63,417 nucleotides of DNA from Chiloscyllium plagiosum (taxonomy: Eukaryota), in NCBI RefSeq assembly GCF_004010195.1, contig NC_057719.1, forward strand, positions 16,760,115 to 16,823,531. The letters run 5' to 3'. The notes under the pieces were generated by a model that was not told where the DNA came from, made no database searches, and saw nothing but the letters and a program-made list of their open reading frames with translations. A program made the translations under genes and the position numbers. This document shows, piece after piece, positions 36,481 through 49,309 of this stretch. Positions within the stretch are counted from its first letter, which is position 1. The number at the start of each line of letters is the position of its first letter.

Positions 36481-36804
36481 AGAATCATAGAATCTCTGCA
36501 GTGTGGAAAGAAACTCACTGAGTCTGCATTGACCTGACCTGCTAAGGATAGTCCAATGCAGATCCTCCCCCATGGCTCAGGGCACATTACTATGGCTAAT
36601 CCACCTTACCTCCACATCTCTGGACACAATGGGCAATTTCGCACAGCCAATCCACATGTATTTGGACTGTGGAAGTAAACCGATGCACCTGATGGAAACA
36701 CATGCAGACTCCACACAGACAGTCACCCAAGGCTGGAATTGAATTGAACCTGGCTTCCTGGTGCTGTGAGGCAGCAGTGCTAACCAGTGAGCCACTGTGC
36801 CGCC
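36481..36804 (-). mobile_element. HE1/V-SINE-like SINE
   Basis: Head GGCGGCACAGTGGCTCACTGGTTAGCACTGCTGCCTCACAGC, box-B-like GGTTCAATTC, tail ending in ATTCT repeats. Confidence 0.87.
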
Positions 36805-37459
36805 ATCTGGTGCGCTTCTGGCATCTTTAGGAGATTCGCTTTGGCATTACAATGGGACTGAGATTTGGCTGTGGTGTTGAGTAAGCATGATAATTTTTCC
36901 CACAAATGTCAGGCCCATACTGCAGGATTTCATCGGTGTTTAAAACAGTGGGAAGGAAAGGTTGTGTGCAGAGAAAATTAATGACTAGAAGATAGCTAAG
37001 CTTAAATTTTATATGTCTATTGAAAGTAGCAGGAAGAGAAGACCTTGCAAAAGAGTGCATTCAAGACGCTGCGTTTTGTTGTTGACAGGACTGTCAGACA
37101 ATACTGTAGTTTTCATACACTATTTACCCTGAGCCTTCACCACTCTTAAAAGTCTTTTTCTTCTCTTTCTCAATTTTATTTATTTCACCTTTATCTGTTG
37201 CATCTCTGAACTGTGCACTTTCATTTCTCAGTTCTGGCTATATTGCTCAACACTCATTTCCTAGAAAAAGCAGCTGTTTGGTGAGTAGGAATGGTGAGTA
37301 TATCTTATCTTTAAAGTAAAAGTAAGGTTTATGTTTATGTCTCTCGTCCTTTGTTTCCCAATTTTTTTTAATAAAAATTTGTTAGGTATAATATGACAAT
37401 GGCATTAAAAATGACAATAAAGGGTAAAGAGCTGGGAGACTGGTGTGGTTAGTTCAAAT

Positions 37460-38480
37460 AGAGTCATAGAGCTGTACAGCATGGAAACAGACCCTTCAGT
37501 CCAACTTGTCCATGCGGCCAGATAATTAATCTAGTCCCATTTAGTCCATATCCCTCTCAACCCTATCCCACCAAATGCCTTTTATATGTTGTAGTTGTTC
37601 CAGTCTCCACCACTTCCTCTGGCAGCTCATTCCATACACATACCACCCTCTGTATGAAAATATTGCCCGATAGGTTCCTTTTAAATCTTTCCTCTCTCAC
37701 CTTAAACCGATGCTTTCTAGTTCTGGACTACCTCCACTCCAGGGAAAAGATCTTGTCAATTCACCCCATCCGTGCCCCTCGTTATAAACCTCTATAAAGT
37801 TACCCTCCAACCTCTGACACTCCAGGGAAAGTAGCCTTGACCTATTCGGCCTCTCCCAATAGCTCAAACCCTCCAGCCCTTGTGAATCTTTTCTGAATCC
37901 TTTCAAGTTTCACAACATCCTTCCTACAGCAAGGAGACTAGAACTGAACACAGTGTTCTAAAAATGGCCAAACCAACTTCCTATACAGCCACAACATGAT
38001 CTCCCAACCCCTATACTCCATGCACTGACCAGTAAAGACTGGCATACCAAACACCTTTCTCACTGTCCTATCTACCTGTGACACCACTTTCAAGGAACTA
38101 TGAACCTGCACTACAAGGTCTCCTTGTTGAGCAAAACTCCTCAGGACCTTACCATTAAGTATATAAGTCCAACCCTGATTTGCCTTTCCAACTGCAGCGC
38201 CTTACATTTATCTAAATTAAACTTCATCTGCCATTCCTCAGCCCATTTGTCCACCAGATCAAGGTTCTGTAGTATTCTGAGGTAACCTTCTTTGCTGTCC
38301 ACTACACCACCAATTTTGGTGTCACCTGCAAACGTATTAGTCATATCTCCTTTATTCACATCCAGATCATTTATATGGAAGGTGAAAAGCGGTGGACCCA
38401 GCACCGATCCTTGTGGCACCCCATTGGTGACAGGCCTCCAGTCTGAATAGCAACTCTCCACCACCACCACCCTCTGTCTC
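37460..38480 (-). mobile_element. CR1 LINE, 5'-truncated
   Basis: Translates as [21 protein letters not shown]...INDLD...FAGDTKIGG...WQMKFNLDKC. Confidence 0.92.
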
Positions 38481-39814
38481 TTACATGTTGAATAAAATAT
38501 GATAGTAATAATAGATTTGCTCTCGTACAAGAGTTGCTGGTGGACACAAAAGTAATCCAGTGTGAACATATTTGCAGCATATGTTTGCAACTCGGGCATC
38601 TTCGGATCTGGGTTGAGGTCCTGGAGGCAGAGCTGCAGACTTTGCACCACATCAGGAAACAGGAAAGTAACCTGTATACTTGGGTCCAAGAGCCTGCCAC
38701 ACCCATCAGATCCTGTAATTCAGATTTGGAGTGATGACGGACAGGAGCACGTGACTGCAGGTGAGGCAGATATGGGACTCAAGGGGTAGTTTTGGTAGTC
38801 TTAGTTCCTGCATTTGTCTAGCAGTTACAAAATTCTTATTAACTGTACGAATGAGAGTGTGGAGTACAGGGAGCATTCCTGAACTGAGCATAGTACCACG
38901 ATACAGGGGAAGCATTCAAGTTGTTGGGAGGAGGCAATAGGGATATAATCATGATAGGGATGGTAGAACTAGGGGGATAGATGCTCTTCTCGGCAGATGT
39001 GAATGTTAGTCCCGAAAGCTATGTTGCCTGCCTGGTTCCAGGTTTAAGGACATCTCAGGATTAGAGAGGAACTTGGAGTGGGAAGTGAGGGATCCAGTTG
39101 ACATCGTCATCCACGGTGATATCAGTGACATTGCCATAGGACTGGCAAAGAGTTTCTGCTGAAAGAAGCAAAGCCTCAAAGATAAAAAGAAATACACTCA
39201 GGATTTCTACCTGAGCCATTGGCAAACTGACATAATAAAGTCAAGGAGTTAAAAGCACGGCTCAAAGATTGATGTAGGAGAAATGGATTTCAGTTGATTG
39301 GCTACTGAGTTAGGAGGAAGCTATTCTAGTGGAGCAGGGTTCACTTGAACCACGAAGGGATGAGGGTCCTGATGAATTGAATTAGTAGGACCATAGACAG
39401 CAAATTAAGCCAATGGGGCAAAAATCCTGGGGACCAGATACTTAGGCTTACAAAGCAAAAGCAGCTGGCATATTGCAGGGAAGTCATTTAGATTAATAAT
39501 ACCCAGAATGTGACACAAGGAACAGACCATGCCAACATAAACCAAGCAGCAAATACAGTGGGGAAACAATAACAAAAAGGCAAAATTCATGGTTCTTTAC
39601 TTAAAATAAAGGAATTAAGAGCAGAAAAAATGACTAATGGGTATGATGTTATAGACATGGTTACAAGGATTTCAAACTGGGAACGAAATATTCAGGCGTT
39701 ATATGACTTTTCAAAAGGACAGGCAGGAGGAAAAGAGTTGTGGGGTAGCTTTGTTAATACTGGATGGAATAAGGACAATTGTAAGAAATGCTCTTGGATC
39801 GGAAAATTTAGAAT

Positions 39815-40705
39815 CTGTATAACACTAAAGTCGGTGGAGTAGTGGACATTTTGGAAAAATGTTACAGGTTGCAGGGGGACTTGGATAAACTGCAGAATTG
39901 GGCTGAGAGGTGGCAAATGGAGTTCAATGCAGCCAAATGTGAGGTGATTCACTTTGGGAAGAATAACAGGAAGGCAGAGTACCGGGTCTATGGAAACATT
40001 CTTGGTAATATGGTTGTGCAGAGGGACCTTGGAGTCCATGTACATAGTTCCCTGAAAGTTGCCACCAGGTTGATAGTGCTGTGAAGAAGGCATACGGTAT
40101 GTTCGGATTCATTGGTAGTGAGATTGAGTTCCAGAGCAGCAATATCATGCTGCAACTATACAAAATGCTAGTGCGGCCGCAGTTGGAACATTGTGTATAG
40201 TCTGGTCGCTATATTTCGGGAAGGATGTGGAAGCATTGGAAAAGGTGCATAGGAGATTTACCAGGATGTTGCCTGGTCTGGAGGAAAGGTCTTTTATGAG
40301 GAAAGGCTGAGAGACTTGGGTCTGTTCTCATTGGAACGAAGAAGGCTGAGAAGGGATTTGATAGAGGCATACAAGATGATCGGAGGATTAGATAGGGTTG
40401 ATAATGAAAGTCTTTTTCCTAGGATGATGACGTCGGCTTGTATGAGGGGGCATAACTACAAATTGAGGGGTGATAGATTTAAGGCAGATGTCAGAGGCAG
40501 GTTCTTTACTTAGAGAGTGGTAAGCGTGTGGAATGCTCTATCTGCTAATGTAGTTAACTCAGCCACATTAGGGAGATTTAAACAATCCTTGGATAAGCAC
40601 ATGGATGATGATGGGATAGTGTAGGGGGATGAGCTGAGAATAGTTCACAGGTCAGTGCAATAATGAGGTCTGACGGACTTCTTCTGCGCTGTATTGTTCT
40701 ATGTA
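39815..40705 (+). mobile_element. Younger CR1 nested in the old CR1
   Basis: ORFs with LQGDLDKLQNWAERWQMEFNAAKCEVIHFG and LERRRLRRDLIEAYK; tail 'ctgtattgttctatgt'. Confidence 0.9.
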
Positions 40706-41630
40706 TGAGTGGAGGGAAGAAATAACAAGAGGAAGAAGACAATGTTTGGAGTACATTATAAGCCCCCTAATAACACCTACATGGTAGAACAGAGAATAAA
40801 TCAGGAGATAATGAGGAAGAATTTGAAGTGTACTTGGGACAGTTTCCTAAACCAGTGTGTTGTTTATCCAACTAATGATTAGCCTACTTTGGATCTGGCA
40901 ATTTGGAATAAGGCAGGCTTAATAAATGATCTCAGAGTTAAAAGGCCCCTTATGAAACAGTAACCATAACATGGTGGAATTTAGCATTCAGTTTAAGAGG
41001 AAGAAATTTTGGGTTGGAAATAATTGTGTTAAACTTAAGGGTAACTGTAAAGGATTTATGATAGAGGACACCTAATAACTTCCAAAAACATAAAATTATC
41101 AAGGACAAAATGGGGAGCTGTAATAAGTTCAGTAACTAACACCAGAGAAGTATTAAGGAAATTAATGGGGCTAACATCTGATAGGCCTTTTGGACCTGAA
41201 AGATTGTACCCTAGGATATGACAGTAAGTAGCTACAAAGATAATGGTATTAATCGTGCAGAAATCCTTAGATTCTGGAAAATCCAAGAGTGTCAGAAAAA
41301 TCCCATGTAACACCCTTATTCAGAAAGGGAAGGAGGAAAACTAGATATTTATAGACCAGTTCGCATAATATCATTGGGAATATTACAGAATCTATTATTC
41401 GGAGAATATCAAACAAAGGGGAAATCATGCTGGATAAATTTATTAGAATTTTTTGAGAAGGTAACAAATAGAATAAGGGGAACCAGTAGGAATAATGTAC
41501 TTGAATATCCAAAATGTGTTCAATAATGTACTGCACATAAGGCTACTTAATAAGATAAAAACACATAGTGTTAGAGGTAGTACATTTGCACAAATAAAAG
41601 ATTGGCTAGGAGATGAAGAGTTGGTAGAAG

Positions 41631-41903
41631 GGTTCAAAGTTTGGGAGAAGATTTGTAGCTCGGGTGCTTGTTGTTGTGGTTCTTTTCGCCGAGCTGGGAA
41701 TTTGTGTTGCAGACGTTTCGTCCCCTGTTTAGGTGACATCCTCAGTGCTTGGGAGCCTCCTGTGAAGCGCTTCTGTGATGTTTCCTCCGGCATTTATAGT
41801 GATGTGTATCTGCCGGAAGAAACATCACAGAAGCGCTTCACAGGAGGCTCCCAAGCACTGAGGATGTCACCGAGACAGGGGACGAAACGTCTGCAACACA
41901 AAT
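41631..41903. mobile_element. Penelope pLTR fold-back (same family as 32357) with 10-bp TSD
   Basis: Arms 41631-41800 and 41811-41903; TSD TTGGTAGAAG at 41621-41630 and 41904-41913. Confidence 0.92.
41855..41894 (+). ncRNA. Minimal hammerhead ribozyme motif with GUC triplet (mirror copy at 41709-41748 on the minus strand)
   Basis: GCA-CTGAGGA-T-GTCACC-GAGACA-GGGGAC-GAAA-CG-TC-TGC. Confidence 0.75.
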
Positions 41904-41974
41904 TTGGTAGAAGAGTGTCAACCTGTAATGGGGTTCCACAGGGACTGGTGCTTGGGCCACAATTATTTATAACA

Positions 41975-42982
41975 TGTGGCAGTGGAGTGCCATAAAGATC
42001 GGTGCTGGCTCCATGACTTTTTCATCATTTATATAAATGATTTGGATGTGAGCATAAGAGGTATAGTTAGTAAGTTTGTAGATGACACCAAAATTGGAGG
42101 TGGACAGCGAAGAAGGTTACCTCAGATTACAACGGTATCTTGATCAGATGGGCCAATGGGCTGTGGAGTGGCAGAGGAGTTTAATTCAGATAAATGCAAG
42201 ATGCTGCATTTTGGGAAAGCAAATCTTAGCAGGACTTATACGCTTAATGGTAAGGTCCTAGGGAGTGTTGCTGAACAAAGAGACCTTGGAGTGCAGGTTC
42301 ATAGCTCCTTGAAAGTGGAGTTGCAGATGGATAGGATAAAAAAGAAGGCATTTGGTGTGGTTTCCTTTATTGGTCAGAGTATTGAGTACAGGAGTTGGGA
42401 GGTCATGTTGTGGCACAGGACATTGGTTAGGCCACTGTTGGAATATTGCGTGCAATTCTGGTTTCCTTACTATTGGAAAGATGTTGTGAAGCGTGAAAGG
42501 GTTTAGAAAAGAGCTACAAGGATGTTGCCAGGGTTGGAGGATTTGAGCTATAGGGAGAGGCTGAACAGGCTGGAGCTGTTTTCCCTGGAGTGTCGGAAGC
42601 TGAGGGGTGACCTTAGAAGTTTATAAAATCATGAGGGGCATGCTTAGGATAAATAGACAAAATCTTTTCCCTGGGGTTAGGGAGCCCAAAACTAGAGGTG
42701 CATAGGTTTAGAGTGAGAGGGGAAAGATGTAAAAGAGACTAAAGAGGCAACTTTTTCACAAAGAGGTGGTACCTGTCTGGAATGAGCTGGCAGAGGAAGT
42801 GGTAGAGGCTAGTACAATTGCAACATTTAAAAGTCATCTGGATGGTATATGAATAGGACGGGTTTGGAGGGATATGGGCCGGGTGCTGGCAAGTGGGACT
42901 AGATTGGGTTGGGATATCTGGTCGGCATGGACAGGTTGGACCGAAGGGTCTGTTTCCGTGCTGTACATCTCTATGACTCTGT
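41975..42982 (+). mobile_element. CR1 (HER1-like) LINE nested in the old CR1
   Basis: ORF 42156-42506 with CR1 RT C-terminal motifs; tail 'gtacatctctatgactct'; the host RT resumes at 'ttaatgacttggat'. Confidence 0.9.
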
Positions 42983-43947
42983 GTTAATGACTTGGATGAG
43001 GGAAGTGAATACTATAGCCAAGGTTGCAGATGACATAGGTGGGAAGTCACAGTGTGAGGATAACAGAGTTTGCAGAGGGATACAGACAGATTAAGTGAGT
43101 AAGCAAAGACTTGTCAGATGAAATATAAAGTGAGAGAATTTGAGTTTGTACACCTCAGCATGAAGAGTAGCAGGAAATGGGAAAGGCAAACGAACTGTAG
43201 GCTTTTTTCAAAGGGAAAAGTGTATAAAAATAGGGAGGTTTTGCAAAAACTGTACACGGCAGTAGTCAGACTATGCCAGCAATACTACGAACAGTTTTGC
43301 TTAGCCGAAGGAAAGATCAACTTGCATTAGAGGCAACCGAAGTAGGTTCACCAGATTTATCTCGGTTATGGAGGGATTTTCTTATGAATAGATGTTGAGT
43401 AGGTTGAACCTGTAGTCATTGGAGTTTTGGTGAGAGAAGATCTTGTAGGACTCTTAGTGGGAATAATAAGACAGATGCTGAGTAGTTGTTTCCCATTGTG
43501 GGAGAGTCTAGGAACAGAGGTCATAAAGTTAGAGTTAATGGATCACCCAGTTCACACAAAAATGAGGAGAAATTTCTTTCTGCGGGTGGTCAATCTGTGG
43601 AATTCATTACCACAGAGAGCTGTTGAGGGTGGGTTGTTAAGTATATTCAATTCTGAGACAAATATTTAGTCAGTGAGGGAATGAATCTAGGATCATGGGG
43701 ATAAAGCATGAAAATGGAGGTGACGATTATCAGATCAGCCCTGACCTTAGTGAATAATGGAACAGACTCAGTGAACTGTGTGGTCTACTTCTGCTCCTGT
43801 GTCTTGTAGTTTTATGGATGAGGATTTCCACAGTCAAAGAGCTGAGGCAAGGACAGAATCTTTTAATGTTACAGGGAATACACTGTTTTGATGATTGTGT
43901 GTGTTTGTGATGAAGAACTCATCTTGGACAAGTATGACACTGTGCCT

Positions 43948-44255
43948 GGCAGCATGGTGGCTCAGTGGTAAACACTGCTGCCTCATAGTTCCAGGGACCC
44001 CGGTTCAATTCCACCCTCTGGCGACTGTCTGTGTGGACTTTGCACATTCTCCCCGAGTCTGTGTGAGTTTCCTCCTGGTGCTCCGGTTTTCTCCCGCAAT
44101 CCAAAGGCTTGCAGGTTAGGTGGATTGATCATGCTAAATTTCCCATAGTGTCCAAGGATGTGCAGATGAGGTGGATTAGCCATGGGAAATGCAGAGTTAC
44201 AAGGATCGGATAGGGGAGTAGGTCTGGGTGGGCTGCTCCTCAGCTGGTCGGTTTG
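43948..44255 (+). mobile_element. HE1/V-SINE-like SINE
   Basis: Head GGCAGCATGGTGGCTCAGTGGTAAACACTGCTGCCTCA with box B GGTTCAATTCC. Confidence 0.87.
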
Positions 44256-45100
44256 GTGTTTGTGACATGGACTGACAACAATGGCTTTGTTCTTCCCAAT
44301 AATTAATTGTTGTTAGGTTCTGTTCAACCAGATTTGATTTTGACTCCTTGCGTTACAGTTTACAAACTGTACTGTGTGTTTCATTGAGAGAATATGTGTG
44401 TACTTCCCATGTTAAACCGAAACCAAGTAAATGGATACAAACAGGGAAATAATACTTTCCTCCCCACAATCAAGAGTTTATTCTTGTCTGCTTTACCAAG
44501 ATTCTTTTGAAATAACATTTGATTTGATGAAAAATTGTTACTTTTAAAATTGTTTCGGATACAAGGAGAGTAAGGTAAGTAAAAATGCTGGAAAAACTCT
44601 GATCTGCCACCATTTGTAGAGAGAGAAACATTGTTAATGGTTTGAGCCCAATATGACTTCTCTTTAGAACGCAGACTAAGAATGATGTTTGGAAATTTTT
44701 TAAAAAGTTGACTGGAACATTTGAGCAAGAATCTGTGTAAGAGCTGATGTTCATTTTAGTCAGCTAATGCAGGGCAAAGTAATAGTGACTGAATGGACAT
44801 TTTATGAGCACGACAGTGTATATGGAGGTACTAAGAGGATGAGAAAACCAGAGAAGTAATATAAAATATTTTTTTTGTAAAGCAGCTAAAGATATTAAAG
44901 ATTAAGCATAATGTAAAGAAGCTGCTGTTCTTTTGAAATACTAACTCTGGAACTTTTCTGATCTGAAAGTCCATATTTGTAGAGAAAAGAAATGAGACAT
45001 GGGTATTGGAATAGGAATCTCCAATAGGGCGTAAGTCTCCGTTTTAAAAAGTGTTGGGCAAACGTTTTGTTCATGCAGCCAATGATGCAGGTCCAAACTA

Positions 45101-45789
45101 TAGGTAGTTGTTGGATAACGCGCATTCTGGCAGCGCAATCTGTCTATAACATCACTGAAGAATTAGGGAATGGTTTTATTTGAAAATGCTTGTCTCTGTT
45201 CGTAATAGCGTGATTCCAGTGGGGATCGGTTTGTGAGCTTTGTTCTGCACATGTGCTGATGTCCACACTGAAATCTTCACACCATTCTGCGCATGCACCG
45301 ATGTCTGCGCCGAAGACTTAGCTGCGTTCTGCACATGCGCAATGTCAGCGCTGGTCTTTGTGCCATTCTACACATGCGCAATGTCAGCGCTGGTCTTTGT
45401 GCTGTGCTGTACTGCACATGCGCAATGTCAGCGCTGGCCTTTGTGCCATTCTACACATGTGCAATGTCAACGCTGGTTTTCATGCTGTACTGCATATGTG
45501 CCAATGGCAGCTGCCAACAGAGCAGCTTTCTGTGAGAGATACTATACCGAGAGCAGCTTTCTTACATTTTTCAATTGTACTGTGTTAAATTTGCTTTTGT
45601 TTAATTAATAAATATAATTTCAACCTTCATTCAGGCTGTGCTATACTTTGTGTTAGACTTCGAAGTGTTTTTTGAGTGATTTTCTTTTTGCTGGGTTTGC
45701 CCCAGCCCCACCTTTCCCATAAGTCCCATTACTTATATTAAGCGAGGTTTTGCTGGAACACAACTGCGGCGTTATAGAAGAACCACCTG
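45101..45789. mobile_element. Tigger/pogo-like (Tc1-mariner) non-autonomous DNA transposon
   Basis: TA on both flanks; TIRs TAGGTAGTTGTTGGATAACGC and CAGGTGGTTCTTCTATAACGC (reverse complement) match at 16/21. Confidence 0.7.
45241..45505 (+). repeat. Minisatellite, ~40-bp unit, 6-7 copies
   Basis: Unit approximately TTCTGCACATGCGCAATGTCAGCGCTGGTCTTTGTGCCA. Confidence 0.9.
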
Positions 45790-46258
45790 TAATTGCATCC
45801 TTATAATGACATGACCCACTGGTTCTTTCGGCATGTTTCAATTTCCAAACATAAATGTTTGCTAAACATTTTTTTTGAAGATGGTATTCCTTTAAAGGGT
45901 GAATAGATCCTGGATATCTTAACCGTTCATTATTTCCATACTATTTTTTTCTTGGTGTGTTTGTACACACATGTTGCAGGAAAATCTTCAAGAAAATACA
46001 GGGAACATGATAATTTTCAGCAAAAGTCTGATCACTATCTGGGAGCACTGAAAAGGAGGTAAGCCAGGGCCTAGAGTTACCTTTGATTAAAGGAGCAAAG
46101 TATCCCTGAGAATTTTAAGGTAGAATATCAAGTCTTGTTATTGCATTCAAGTTCTGTTATTTCATCTTGTTACTGTCTTTTTAAGGCAAAATTTTCAAAA
46201 CTGATTTCATGCCTTGAGGTTTATATTTGTATATTGACTATGAATAAACTTTCATTTG

Positions 46259-47512
46259 GAATCTTGAATTTTTTGAGGATATAACTATGAAGTTGGACGA
46301 GGGAAATCCAGTAGATGTGGTGTACCTGGACTTTCAGAAAGCTTTTGATAAAGTCCCACACAGTAGGTTAGTGAGTAAAATTAGGGTGCACAGTATTGGG
46401 GGCAAAGTACTAGATTGGATTGAAAATTGGTTGGCTAATAGGAAACAAAGGGTAGTGATAAACGGCTCCATTTCGGAATGGCAGGCAGTGACCAGTGGGG
46501 TACCGCAGGGATCCGTGCTGGGACCACAGCTTTTTACAACATATGTTAATGATATAGAAGATGGTATCAGCAATAACATTAGCAAATTTGCTGATGATAC
46601 AAAGCTGGGTGGCAGGGTGAAAAGTGATGAGGATGTTAGGAGATTACAGGGTGACCCGGACTAGTTAGGTGAGTTGTCAGATGCATGGCAGATGCAGTTT
46701 AATGTGGGTAAATGTATGGTTATCCACTTTGGTAGCAAGAACAGGAAGGCAGATTTCTACCTCAATGGAATCAATTTAGGTAAAGGGGCAGTACAGAGAG
46801 ATTTGGGTGTTCTTGTACACCAGTCAATGAAGGCAAGCATGCAGGTACAGCAGGTAGTGAAGAAGGCTAATAGCATGCTGGCCTTCATAACAAGAGGAAT
46901 TGAGTACAGAAGCAAAGAGGTGCTTCTGCAGCCGTACAGGGCCCTGGTGAGACCACACCTGGAGTACTGTGTGCAGTTCTGGTCTCCAAATTTGAGGAAA
47001 GACATTCTGGCTATTGAGGGAGTGCAGCGTAGGTTCATGAGGTCAATTCCTGGAATGGCAGGATTACCATATACTGAAAGACTGAAGCGACTGGGCTTGT
47101 ATACCTTTGAGTTTCGAAGATTGAGAGGGGATCTGATTGAGACGTATAAGATTATGAAAGGATTGGACACTTTGGCAGTAGGAAATATATTTCCGCTGAT
47201 GGGTGAGTGCCGAACCAGAGGACACAGCTTAAAAATACGGGGTAGACCATTTAGGACAGAGCTCAGGAGAAACTTCTTCACCCAGAGAGTGGTGGCTGTG
47301 TGGAATGCTCTGCCACAGGGGGCAGTGGAGGCCCACTCTCTGGATTCATTTAAGAAGGAGTTGGATAGAGCTCTCAAACATAGTGGAATCAAGGGTTATG
47401 GAGATAAGGCAGGAACAGGATACTGATTAGCAATGATCAGCCATGATTATATTGAATGGCGGTGCAGGCTCGAAGGGCTGAATGGCCTACTCCTGCACCT
47501 ATTGTCTATTGT
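46259..47512 (+). mobile_element. Young CR1 LINE, 5'-truncated ORF2 RT with one premature stop
   Basis: ORFs 46287-46664 ([29 protein letters not shown]) and 46674-47426 are in the same frame, separated by TAG; tail (CTATTGT)2. Confidence 0.96.
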
Positions 47513-49309
47513 ATAAGTGCTTACATTTTGCAATTTGTTTGTTGCTCTATTTTAAGTTTTCAAGCTGTAGTCACTAAACTTTAAAAGATTTGTGGAGAAT
47601 GGAAACCGTGCCTGGCAATCCATGCTGACATCAGATTTCTCTCTTGCTTGATTATTTCTGTTACTGTTTATTAATTGTACATATTTCTGCATGGTTTGTT
47701 TTTCCCTTCAGTAACTTTGTCGATCTGAACTTGGGACAGGGGTTTACAATGTATTTACAATGATGCTTCTGCAGAGAAAAGCTTCCATTGTTTCTGAATT
47801 CAACCCAGACACGGTGATTGATGTTGAAATGATTTATTTGGAAATTCTAGCTGCTTTTGATTTTGTTGAACCTTTTTGCCATTGCTTTTCCTCCTCCCTA
47901 TCTAGATGATAAACTATAATCTAGCAAGGTGTTATGAGGAGGTGAACAGAATGATTAGCTCACCTGTATTTTTAAATGCCCCCTATGTCGGTCACAATAA
48001 ATTTTTACTTGAAACGTGGCCATCACACTTCAATTAAATTTAGTTAACTAGATCAAAAGCGAGGGACAACCAATTCCAAGATTTCCTTGAGTGACTGTGT
48101 AGTCTGTTAAACCCAGAAAGTGCTCCATCTATCACATTGACAACATATGCAATTACCTTAAAAGAAAGATAGTTGGGAGGGTTGTGTGTTTGTAAAGACA
48201 AAAAGATGTAGGCACTGGCAGCTAAAAGGTTTTAGAACCTTTGAATTGTGAGCGTGAAATCCAAGTTCTGCATTTTTTAAATTTTTTTGGACTATGGACT
48301 AAAAAAATCTTTTAAGCTGAGGAGCTTGCACAATGTATACAATGTGTAGTAAATATGCTTTTAAAACTTCAGCAATCTCTTTGCACAATGTTTCATTTTC
48401 CTGGAATGGTGTACACGTTTCTCTATAAATACACTGTTGAAGAAGGAATAAAACACCTTCAAAGACAATGGATAGAAAAATTCTGAGAAATAATCTAATC
48501 TGCATTTACCTGGTTGAAACAATGTATTTTCTGCCTTAAATTCAGTATTGATCTTTGAAAATAAACCTCAAGATTCTCCTGGTACTGGTTTGGCCGGTGT
48601 GATGGGGATGTGTAAAAATGGGAGTCTCTAATGGAGTCTGAATTATTTTTATCACAGCAAGTTAAGTGTAAGATGATCAGTTCCATTTTTACTTTTGGCC
48701 TATGACTATCTCCTAATAAACTGCCTCAATTTAGTTTCTATGTATCGGTACACCATATGACTGTGATCTACATAAATTACAGCTGTAATTGATCCTTACC
48801 TCATTCGTGCGTCATTTAAACCATAGAAAATATCATTGGAATTGAAAAAAGTCTCATTTTATGTTGGGAAATGTTTGAAGTTGGGCTGATTTAATTTTTG
48901 TAAGCTAAGTAGGAGTGACTTGTACAGCTTGACAAATCAAGTGGTTATTGTGAAAGCTAATGGGCAATTTTTAACTATGCTTCAGCTCTCTGTGAAGTTC
49001 TGTTTTATGCCAATCTACTATACTTGCTGGCTTGATGCCAGGATTTATGCAATGAAATAAGAAACTTGTGTGCAGTGTATCTGCTACTTTTGGAGGATTG
49101 ACCGAGCTGAACATGCATGGAAAGTGATCCCTCAACTCTCTACTGTCTTACAATTATTTTTGTCTGTTGAGAAGAGTTGGCTAGAGGCCCAGCTCTCATT
49201 TTGAATTTTGCTCTCAATTGAATAGTAACACTTTTTGGGCTTGCTTAGCTAGCTTCACTATGGCTGGTTTCACAACCTTTTAAATAAAGAGAGGAAAGAA
49301 CGTGAAAGG

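Larger units (their letters stand above)
38500..43815 (+). mobile_element. Old near-full-length CR1 LINE (ORF1 and ORF2) fragmented by three insertions
   Basis: ORF1-like zinc-finger/coiled-coil and esterase-like CLPG...VHxGxND remnants (38.5-39.4 kb), endonuclease remnants (39.6-39.8 and 40.7-41.0 kb), RT (41.1-41.97 and 42.98-43.6 kb) and a 3' UTR ending near 43815. Confidence 0.75.

Noticed and set aside
45240..45608. Cys/His-rich ORFs and a CRISPR-like periodic repeat
   Set aside because: Translation of a tandem minisatellite with no unique spacers, in a eukaryotic context.
46757..47392. Long antisense ORFs over LINEs (also 56605-57300 and 39692-40093)
   Set aside because: Shadow frames of CR1 ORF2.
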